Both the position numbers and the translations under genes were made by a program. DNA of 51,452 bases, the filler included, from Streblomastix strix (Eukaryota), in the NCBI GenBank assembly GCA_008636045.1. It is 3 parts of 3 records of this genome, joined end to end, with 100 filler letters (N's around TTAATTAATTAA, not from the genome) between each part and the next. Parts side by side here need not be neighbours in the genome. Positions count along the whole stretch, not along the records: positions 34,381 to 51,452 come from SNRW01000729.1; 2 more parts are not named here. One strand, 5' to 3'. The notes below the pieces were generated by a model that saw nothing but the letters and a program-made list of their open reading frames with translations, was not told the origin of the DNA and did not search any database. The stretch's first letter is position 1; every line of letters starts with the position of its first letter. Shown here in pieces: positions 38,701-51,452 of the stretch.

Positions 38701-41700
38701 TTTGAGCTTCAGATATAGATGATTTTGGCTGTTGAATGATTTCTCCATAAAAAGATGGTGAAAGTTGTCTGTTTGGTGAAGATATTTCTTTGCTTACTAT
38801 TTGAGTCAAGTTTTAGCTCAGGTCTTACAGTAAGTTCTGATTATCTATTTAATTTGTATCTGCATTTTAATTGGATCTTAAATTATCGACATAATCGTGT
38901 ATTTCTTTGTTCCTTTACATTAAATACTATTGATACTGCTGGTTCTGAATATTCTTCATCAAAGAAGCTTGATTCTTCATCATTTGATCTTTGACCATTT
39001 GTGAAGTAATTTTTTCTCTCTTGTATTTTTCAAGCAGCTGTGATAAAGCTTATTGTTCAGAAAATGAAGCAAAAGTTTCAGTTTACGAAGGGCCAGTTTA
39101 TGATTAGTTTTAATTTGTTGATTTATTAATGTTTAATTGTTATTCTAACTCTTATTATTGATTTTATAATTATAAATTTTATAATTGCAAATAATTAACA
39201 TTTTATAGTAATTGTTATTGATATTACTATTGCTATTAAATTACTAATTATTATAATTAAATCTATTTCTGAGTCATTATTGGAGTCACAGGTCTAGATT
39301 TCTACTGTGAAAGAGGTCTTAAACTCGGAGATAAAATTTTATTCTCGGTTTATTCTTATGTTTTTTCAATATCTGAAATATTCTCTCTATCTTTCATTTA
39401 ATCCTAATTTTCTATCTATTTTTACTATTAATCAGTATTTTCTAATTATTATTATTACTACTACTACAATATAATTTCCTCCTCAAAATTACTTCTTCCT
39501 AATCCTTCTTTCAAGAATTAGTTCCCATCAATCACTTATGTAGCAATTCTTCCAATCATTCTGTTGTGTGAAGCGAAGGGAGACGATCTAGAAGGATATG
39601 GGAAATAGTTGAGTGTGGATAATGGGATGTAATTTTGTGGGGTGGATGAAGTGTTTTATTGTTATTGTTATTGTTATTATTATGATTGTGAATATTATGA
39701 AGAAGTATATGAAATATTAGATGGTAGTTATTATTATTGTAAAGATGGATTAATTGGAGATAATGACCTTGTTTGTGAAGGTGAATGTAATCTATTATTG
39801 ACTTAATTGAAAGTATTGAACATCAGATCTGTTGAATATGATGAAAAAGCTTTCTGATTTGGCGACATGTGATATTTTTGCTGCTGTATTGACTATTGGA
39901 TTAATTACTATTATTTATTTATTTTTGAATATCTTGCATCGCGATTTCTATCTAAAATAAATTACTATTATTATTGAATGTACATTTAATACTATAATTC
40001 TTTTTATTATTGACTTTATTCATCTTTAGGAACTAGATTACTCAATCCAGTAATTGTCATAGGCAGCAAATTATTCCAATTCTGAGTATATTGATCATTT
40101 AATTGATTAGCGAATTAATTGTACTGCATCTAATATAATTCAGGATGAAATTGGTCAATCGCAGGTTGATGCTATGATACTAAGTTGATTAAATCCTGTG
40201 CAGTCATTTTTTATAATTAGGTTTATGAAAGATGTAATCTTTAGATTTCACCCATCGCTCCTGGAAGAATTGAGGCTTGACGAATACCAGATTTTTGATT
40301 TTAGAGTTTTCCTTATTGTGATTATTATTATTATTATTATTATTATTGTGATTATAATAATTATTGTTGTTGTTGTAATGAATTTGTTTATGAAGATGAA
40401 TAAGTAGATTATGATGATTGTAAAGTGTTTGGAGGTTTAATGTATTATTTCTAATTTTTCTAACCATAAGATCCATGTGAAGAAGTTGTAGATTCTTTAG
40501 TAATTGAATTTTTAAGTTAATTTTAATCAATTTATTTTTTCTATGGTTTCACGCTAATAAACTGAGATAATCTTCCTCCATCGTTTCTTTTCTACTTTAA
40601 TGATTTGCTTAATTCGTTCTCTAATTCATTCTCTTCCACTTGTTGAATCAATTTTTCTAATTTTTTCCCAGATTTTCGCAAATTATCCAATTTTTGCTGT
40701 TTTTCTTATTTCTTTGATAAAAACCCACCTTAGTTCAATCTGCCAAGTCCAGAATTTTCTTATAAATAATTCAAAGTTTTAGATTAATTGTATGGTCTGA
40801 TATCATATGTATTCAAATCAATGTCTATTTCGTACATACCAGGAAAGGTGGGGACAAAAGGTAGTGTTTAAAAAACATTGTCGTTTAAGTCAATTTTCTT
40901 GAATTTGAGGAAAAATCCATATTCGCCTGATTTGTATCGCTAAAAATGCCTGAAAAACTTCGATCTGAAGTGTTTGTGTCGTGGATCATCGATATAGTGA
41001 TATATTTGTGCTTACATCGGATTGGAATAATAACTCTTGCTTTGAAGATATTATTCATCTTCATCTAAATTTTATTATTCGTTTTTTCCATTCAGATTTT
41101 TTTTGCTTTTCACTCCTTCCAATTTTCTTGCTGATTGATCATTTAACTGCTTCTTAGATGATCAACCTGAAACTCTAGTACTGTTCTACTGTTACATCTT
41201 AGCCAGTTTATCTTTCGTGTTTGAATGCCCAAATATATACGGGTTCTGATATTTGCTGTAATCTTTCCATTTCATTACTTCTTTGGAATCTTCGTTGGTT
41301 TCAGCCTGAATCAGATAATGCTTGTATTGATATGATTGAGATCCGTTATCTGATTAAGATGAAAGTCCATCTTATGATTGATACATAGTTGAATCTATTG
41401 TTTATGAAAGGCCAACATGTTGCAGTTATTTTTTGCTTCTCTTTTATTTATCTCTTGATTTTCCTTTTCTTTTTGTTTTGGGTTTATCTTTTTGATTTTA
41501 ATTTGTTCTTTTATTTTTCAAATTTCTTTTCTAATCATCATACTAATCATCTTCATCTTCTTCTTCTTATTATTATTATTATTCATTATTTAAATTATTT
41601 TTTGATTTATCATCAGCATTCAATGAATTTTTCACTTCAAACCTGAACAAATCCTTCTCCAATTCATTTTCTTTGCTGATTTCAAGAACTTTCTTCAGTT

Positions 41701-44700
41701 CTTCTTCTCTTTCATCTCTAATTTACTGCAGATGTTGAACTAAGAAAGATTTTTGTACGGGTTTATTTTACTATTTCTTATTTGATCTGTTCAGTATCGA
41801 AGGAGATGCAGTTTCACTTACATTAGACAATGATGAATGTGTTGTTAAGAAAGAATGCTTTAATGAGTCAAATTTGCTTCTTCCATCTAATTTTTATTAT
41901 TGTTACAATTATTCTTATTCACTTCTTATATTATCTTCTATTGACTTCTCAGTTCTTAGAGTTTGTAGTTTATCGATAATTACAGGTGAGTTTGGGCCTG
42001 TTTATCTCCTTTTCAATTATTTTACCCTTTTCTTCTCATTTTCTTATTTATTTTCTTAAGATTATTATTGTTGTTGTTGTTTCAATATTTAATCATCATC
42101 AACAACTTGCCCATCTATTTCAATCTCAATTCCAGCACTTTTATCTTACTCATTATTATATTCATTATTATATTCATTATCATTATTATCTAATCCATCA
42201 TAATCTTCATTCTACTTACTAAATTTATTCCCTATTAAATTAGCTTAAAATTCATCTCTGTCTTATCCGTACATATATTCAACACATGCTGGAAGTGGGG
42301 TTGATTTGTACCATTATCCTGTTCTGGTGAGCAATAGGTAGGCAATGGGTAAATAACCTTCCCTTGAAATTGGAGAAATGATATAAATAGAAATAAAATT
42401 AATAAAAATTTAATAATAATAAATAATAATAAAATCTTTAAATTAAATAAAATATTATTTTTTATGAATCTATAAATTAATAAGTACATACATATCATAA
42501 AACACATCCATCTCATCAATATAATCATATTTCTTATTCATTTTCTTTTAATTCTTCTAATCCAAATACGGATCTGATTTATCATCATCAAGATACAGAT
42601 TCTATGTAGAATAATCATCCACTCTTCTTTTAGTTATATCATAAGTCCCAGACAAACCATCATCTGATGATGAGTAATAATCTTCATTTGTCTTCTCCTG
42701 TCCAATTAACTCCAGGAATTTTCTGGACTCTCGATGTCTTTTTCTTCTTTCTTTGATTATCAGTTTGTGATCAGTTGGACGTGGTTTTCTTTTTATTAGT
42801 TATTATGAATCTTTTGTTTGATGTTGTTTTTGTTGTTATTATTATTGTTATTATTAATTCAATTTCTATAAATTATCTTCTCCGTTTACAAATACTGATT
42901 CTGCACTGTTAATGCTTATCTCTTCATCTGTCAATAGATCGTCTTCTTCTGTTGGTTCTTCATTATCATCTTATTATTATTATTATTGATTCTCATCTTC
43001 ATCTTCATCTTCATCATCTTCTTCATCCTAATCATTTTCATCTTAATCTTAATCTTCATCATCATCTAAATATTGTCTGTCATTATCATTTTAGTTTTCA
43101 TTCGCGTTTTCGTCTGATTTATCATTTAAATTCCGCTTTGATGTGGATTATTTGTCTTTTCTGCTTCCGCTGAGATTTTTTGATTTCTTCTTTTTTCCTA
43201 ATTTTAATTTTTTGAGCTTTTTTGATGTTGCTACTTTAATGAACCTTTTCCTGGATTGTGATTCTGCTTCTTCTTTGTCAAATTGTTTCTGTAGAAGTTA
43301 TAGACGTTTTTTCAGACTGGATAATAGAATAAGAAAATAATAATAATTAATAATTTAAATTAATTAATAATAAATAATATAAATATATTTCATATAATAA
43401 TTATTATATAAATTTCTAATATATATTTATATAAATCTCGAATACTCTTCAATCTCCTCCTACAAAGCAGCTTTTTCTTTCTTCCTCATAGCCGCCTGAT
43501 CAGCAATTGTATCAAAAAGAGCTTTTTTATCATTTTCCAAATCTGTGATTCTTTTCCTTAAATCATCTTTTTCTTCATTAAACCTTTTCTTATCTTTTTC
43601 TATAATGATTTTATAACCATCATCTTTCTTCTGTTGTGCATCTTTGATCAGCTCTGGGATTTCAGCTACTTGAAACTATAATCTTTTATTATCTGCTTCT
43701 AATTGTACCATTTTCTTGTATTTTTCTTCCAATAAGAAACATTAGAGCTTTAAATCGGTTCTTTCTTTGTTCCAATCTCCTTATTGAACTTGGAATGATG
43801 ATTAAGTTCTCTTCAATAATTCGCATAGTTCTTTTATTTGCGCTTTAAGAGCTTCTATGTATATCAATTGTTTCTAAAGCACATTAGACAAGTCAATTGA
43901 AATGAAAGTGTTTAACTCATTTTTGAATTCATATGATTTATCATCTTTCAACTATTATAAATCTTCATTAATTCCTACGTTTTATTAACTCTTATTATTA
44001 TTATCAACTTCAAAAACATTCATATTTTCGTTTTTAACTTCATTCTTATTCAAATTAATCTCTCTTTCAACTCCTGCATCTGAATTTTTTCTATTAATTT
44101 ATTCATTTTCAAAATTATCAGATTATCTTTAACTATTATCTTAAGTTGATTATTTTCCTTTCTTTAATGTTTTTGCCCAAGAATCAAAATTATCATATTC
44201 AATATTTCTGTTACTATTACTTTGCTATTATGAATAAGATTATGATTACGATTATATTGAATGTGAATATGAAACATCAGATTGACCGGTAATTGTAGTT
44301 GTGCTTATAGGATCATATTTATCAAAGGATAATTGACTGAATTTTTTTTCTCGGGCTTATTTATTATTGATATTATTATTATTATTACTATCATTATTCT
44401 AATTTTATTCATTTTATTTACTATTTTAATCTTACCATTTAACTCTTTCTTTTTCCTATTAATACTAATTCCTGACACTCATTAATGCACCTCTTCTCGC
44501 AGTTTCCATGGCTTCAGCTGCTTCTGCCACTTTCTGGAGTATTTTGTCATTGAAATCCAACATCAAAACTTCTTATTTCCCATTTTCTGCTTATTGTTGC
44601 GATTCTACTGCAGTTTGTGCTGTTTGAGTACCGACAGTTTTCATTATCATGTTGTACTGCTATTGTTGTTAGTTTTGTTTAATTTATGCTGAAGGTTAAA

Positions 44701-46864
44701 ATTAGAATGTGTTTGGTTGAAATTGTTATTATTTTTGTTATTATAATAATTGTTATTTCTATTGTTATTATTATTATTAGATTAGTTGTATTTATTTAGT
44801 TGAATTTGATGGTGTTAAAAGTCTTTTATTTCTAGATATTATTGGTTAAATTCTACTAATTGATGGAGCAGTAGATAGAGTTCTTAATTACGATTACGAT
44901 TATTAATTATAGTCGTTCTTCGTCTAATTATAAATTTGCAATCTCGATTATGACGAATAGCTTTGTAATGACTTATCAGTTTAGATTTCATATTCCTTAA
45001 ACATATTATTTGCATTTTCTTGTGCTCTTTGCATTCTTCAATTTCCAATTGCTGTCATCTCTTTGATTTTCTCAACTTTATTCTAATCACTCAATAATAG
45101 AATTTACTATGAAGGAAATGTTGATGGAGGCCCAATATCTTCATCTACTCCCATTGAATGAAAACTTGCTGTATCATTATCATATTAATTTTGATTATCT
45201 TATTAAATTTCATCTGAATCTGAATTTGAATCTGAATCATTATTTGATTTTTTTAATTATATTTTATATAATTATTATTTAGATTATTATTATGATTTAT
45301 CATTCTTTCTTTCGCTTGTTTTAGCACTTCCTGATTTCCCAGTTTTACTTCTTCTTTTCTTCTTCTTTTTCTTTTCTTATTAACCAAATCGAATTCGAAG
45401 GAATTTTTGTATCTCTTTCTTTTATGTTGAATATTTCTCAACTACAGAATGCAAGATCTCAATTGATTTATTCACTTCCTCGCCCATAGATGGATCCAAT
45501 ACTAATTTTTCTTCTTCTTTCTTCTTTTATTCTGATATTTACTATTATTTCAATGTCTGAAACTAATTTTCTTCGTTTTCAAAGAACTCCAAAGCATCAA
45601 CTTCTTTAATATTCGAGATCTGATATTCCTGTTTTATTACTTTGGGTAACAATTATCGTGATTAACTCAACTTCTCCAAATCTCGCCAATCTCTCAGTCC
45701 TCTTTATTCTAACAGAGATTATTATTATGGATGATTCTTTTATTAGTTGAGATATTCAGTTAGTGAAACTTGTGAGCTGAATTGTTAAGGTAAATTATTG
45801 TTATCATTATTTTATTATTGTGTGTTTGAAGGTTGTATAATTAATGGTTATATTTCATTATCATCATTATTTTCTCCCTTTTCTGTATTCTATCCTACTT
45901 TAATTGATTCATTTTCTTCAATTTCTTTATTTTATGATTCTAAATCTGATTCATTTTCAATTGAATCTTATTATAATTAATTTAATTCATCCAATTCTTA
46001 TAATTATTTTTAACTTTATTTTTTCATTGCTTCAGATCCTTCCACTTAACCACTTTGTTATTCTTATTCTTATTATTATTACTTTTAATCATCAATATTT
46101 TTCTTCTAATTCAATTTAATTAACTTCCTTCTTTCTCTTTCATCCTTCTCATCAAGTATTTCATCACCAAACTCCAATTTTCTAGTCGCCTATTAATCCA
46201 AATACTGCTTCAATTCCTGCATCATCTACTCTCTCTTTTCAGTTCCTTTATCATGTTATCTCAGTAAATAACTGATCCGCGTATATCCAATATCTACATC
46301 GTCATTTGAATGTATCAGTTAATAGATGTCTTAATCTGTGACACCGTTGATCCTTCTTTACGCTTTGCAGACTTTCCAGTGGTTGAGCATGGCTTGCTCC
46401 ATATGTGATCTGCAGCAGTATCGGGATACGGAACATTGAGTACAAACACACTATTGAAGAATTTTCTTCTGCTTTTCTTTGTCAACGACTTCAACATTGT
46501 TGTATAAATCCATTATCATCTTTAAACGGTCTTTTGTGTTTTCGTCTTCGAGTTTTTCATAGCAAAACTCGCAGAATTTAGGTCGGATGAATGAAATACC
46601 AAGACGTATAAATTCCCATCTATCAGAATCTTCTAGGCTGTAGTAAGTGATTATTCCTTCTTAGATTCGAACTTGCTGACTTTCAAGGTCGCTCACAACT
46701 GTCTGAGATGAAGTCGTTCGTAGTTTTGCACTGGAGGTACGAGCATTAGCAAGTCTGTACTAAATAATAGCATAGATAGTAAACACAAATGGCGGAGGAG
46801 AGAGTTCTACAATATCGGATGGAACAACTAGGCGATCTGCGGCCCGTAGTGTTTGTCCTTCCAT
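35758..46864 (-). CDS. Giant (~3537 aa) low-complexity Q/E/K/S-rich coiled-coil protein with an N-terminal MYND-type zinc finger
   Basis: Exons 46864-43446, 43316-42492, 42362-37238, 37122-37044, 36923-35758; all splice phases are mutually consistent (10614 nt). FCEFC...CTQCSVSRYCCRSHMEQAMLNHWKVC at 46367-46573. The many TTA/CTA/TTG runs on + are poly-Gln on -. Not every codon was checked for TGA. Confidence 0.75.
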
Positions 46865-47298
46865 ATGTCTGATTAATAAAATAAAATAAATTAAAAATAA
46901 AAAATATATTCAAAAATTAAGTGTAAAATTAAAAAGTAACACAAGTAGGAGATAATATTTCAAAATTAAATTCTAAACATTTAATTTGAAGTTTATAAAA
47001 AGAATTATTAAATTCTACCAATAATTAATAATCTGTTAAAATATTATATATAAATAAGTAATGTTTATGTTTATATTTGAATGACGATCCTGAAGATAAA
47101 TACTTTTTAACATAAAATTATGCTTAACTCATTATAAACATAGTATCTAACATTGTTTTATCAAAAAAATATTTATCTTGTTCTTGTTATCAAAATTTTA
47201 AATTAAATGGTGATATATTAACGAATACCTACTAAGTTTAATGAACACACAAAAAATTAAAATAAGTGTAAGGCTTTCAAAGAATTATGATCGTTACC

Positions 47299-49029
<1,731 letters not shown>

Positions 49030-50769
49030 ATATTTATCTAGATAATATTAAACAAAATAATAAAAAATATAATTAAAGTCGGGATGTTAACAACAAGGCG
49101 AGTCCAAAAATATAGCAAAATGAGATTTCATAATTTTGTTCTAAATCAGCTAGCAGAGTTAAGATAAATGTAAATTTACCAGTAAAATTTTTGATATTTT
49201 AAATAAGTTAGTTTATATGTTACAAAAGTTTCTAGTTTCTGCTAGTATATAGGCAGAAAATCTAAATAACTTGTTTCTTAAAAATTTCGCCATTTGCACA
49301 TATCCATACTATATAGTATATAAAAACAATATAGTATAAACATTTTATTGTAATTATTTATATTATTAAATAATTTAATTCTCTGAATGAAAACATAAAA
49401 TTTTTAACTAAATTCAATAATAAAAATTTCTTTTTTTTATTGAAATCAATAAAAACTCTACTAAGGTTTAGTTAGATTATCTGCAAATTGCAACTCTCGT
49501 TTAAATATTCTTAGTGCAATCTTAATTACTTAAATTTCTGACAATAATAGTTAAATTTACGTTTTTTTCTATTTAAATTTCAAATAAACAAGAAAACACG
49601 TCGCTTCGCTTCCGATCCTGGGTTGGTTTTAAAGAAATTAATTTTACATTCATTATAATGTTTAAAATTTTATTTATTTGAATATTTATTGTAAAAATAA
49701 AAATAAATTTTGATAGTTGTGCACAATTAGAGTAAATAATATATATTCATAATAAATCAACAATATATCTATTATTCTTTATCTTTTTTATTATCATAAT
49801 TATTAGTAAATTTCATTAGTATTAGTTTCAATTTACTCAAAATTACTCTTTTATTGTTCATGATTTCGTGAATATATTCAGAATTTGAAAGAAAGCTGAT
49901 TTATTAACTTCGAGATGGTTATATTGTCTTTTTTAATGATCAATGCCAATTGGATTATGTTAATGGAGATTATTATACAATTTGTAGATACATATTTGAA
50001 TAATAATTTAAATTAATTACAATTAATATCTTTCTTTTTCTATTTAATATTCATTAGCTTAGTTCAATGTTCATCATTTCAATAAACTCAAAACATCTTT
50101 ATTTTATTTATATCATAACTGTATAACAGATGAAAGGATATATATATCATTCCTTAACAGGTTTTTGATTCAAAGTAACTTTTTCTAATCTAAAATTGTT
50201 ATAAAATATTTAAAAAAGTAATTTTCAGTATTAATTGTAAAATATTTGTATTGATTCAATAAAAATTATGTAAGAATTTGATTTAAATATAATTAAATAA
50301 TAAAAAATTTATAACTATTGAAATTCAAAATTAATTTTGTTATTTAACCGCTGTGAAAAAAGATTTTTGAAATAATAATTGATTTTTTGTTCACTATTTG
50401 TTTGCAATTTGCATGAAATATAAAATTTGTAATGTTTTAAGTTTATTTATATTAAATCTGTCAAAAATAATTTTAATTGATATTAATTATAAACTTTTTT
50501 TCAATTTTTCGAACAAGGCATTTTCGTGACGTGTTGTGCAAATTAAATTTTTCATATTTAAATCATAAAGTAAGAATATTATAGTGCTATATCTGGTTTC
50601 GTACCCCTCTTCCTCTCCCCCCTTTTATAGAATTTTTTCATGCCAATATGGAGATTTTGGCTTTAAAAAGCTGATTTTTTGTTGGCTCAAATTTTTTCCA
50701 AATTATAAAAATAAAAAATCATGGATTGATACAACCAATTTATTCTAATTAATAAAAAATAGTTACTGT

Positions 50770-51452
50770 CTGCGAGCCCCAATCAGCTTCAGATTTTAAA
50801 GAATATTAGATATTTACTAAAATTGATAGAAATACAAAAATCAAAATAAATTTGGCAATTTCGGGATAAACACGTAAGGATATTTATATCGTTAATGAAG
50901 AATAGCTGCTGTTTCAAAACTTGGGCGCAGCGCAATTTGATTCTCAGCCGTTAGTCTTGCCAATTGTTTAATCTAAACCTTTTCTTTCATTAATGATTGT
51001 TATCTTCTCTTAAAATCATGACCATGCGATCTGCAAACAGGGAGCTAGCGACTTACAGGTAAGACTCCACTTATACATTAAATTAATTCATTTGCCTTAA
51101 TTTAATAATAAAATTTAAATTCGTGAAATATAATTATCTTAAACAATTTATATATTTTCTCATTCATTACATGATTTGAACAACATTGATTTTATAGGTT
51201 CTATTCGTCACAAAATTTAATTAATATTTTTGATTCTTTATCATTTAGTCTAGGCGGCCTTCTGTCTATTCCAATATCTCTGTTGTCCTTTAGAGCGCGT
51301 ATTCCTCAATCAATTTAACCTCGCAAATTAGGCCAAAGCTGCAAAAAGTAAGATCTTGGCACTTTCCAGTCTTGAATGAGATGCACCGCTCTCTCAACAT
51401 CATCATCAAATTCATCTACTAGTTCAGATTCAAGCTATTTTTTGCTTCAATA
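50770..51452 (-). pseudogene. Possible degenerate pogo/Tc5-like transposase N-terminal (HTH) fragment
   Basis: One frame reads ...VERAVHLIQDWKVPRSY...RGQID*GIRALKDNRDIGIDRRPPRLNDKESKILIKFCDEQ, resembling the GRPxxLxxxEExxL linker before CENP-B-type HTHs. In-frame TGA at 51306-51308. Another frame is also open, so the call is weak. Confidence 0.3.

Noticed and set aside
35714..46119. Many hydrophobic plus-strand ORFs (poly-I/L/F/Y) that look like membrane proteins
   Set aside because: Antisense shadows of the Q/N/K/E-rich minus-strand gene; the same applies to 32590-32910.
49790..50190. Coding-like minus-strand stretch (LEKVTLNQKPVKE*...)
   Set aside because: TGAs in the frames examined and no recognisable domain. 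It may be a pseudogene fragment, but I cannot support a call.
50519..50720. GC-richer patches (cgtgacgtg, cccctcttcctctccccc) in intergenic DNA; similar patch at 29539-29570
   Set aside because: No tRNA cloverleaf, repeat partner or ORF found by eye.

Overview
AT-rich eukaryotic (protist) genomic DNA with short GT-AG introns and a non-standard code in which TAA/TAG = Gln and only TGA = stop. The supplied standard-code ORF track is therefore fragmented and mostly misleading. Code, composition and intron style fit an oxymonad such as Streblomastix strix; this is inference, and ciliates or other TAR=Gln lineages are not excluded. The window is three pieces joined by artificial N44-TTAATTAATTAA-N44 spacers. 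Piece 1 (1-17093) is a partial axonemal dynein heavy chain. Piece 2 (17194-34280) holds a decayed tyrosine recombinase with a foldback repeat, a Cys-repeat surface protein, a La motif + 8 RRM + RNF216-like RBR protein lacking the IBR domain (the most novel item), a second related surface protein, and a 2xUBA + PPPDE-like peptidase. Piece 3 (34381-51452) holds an LCAT/PLA2G15-family lipase, a ~3500 aa Q-rich protein with a split MYND finger, a CaMK1-like kinase with YCD in place of HRD, and a possible transposase remnant. All translations and exon boundaries were worked out by hand.
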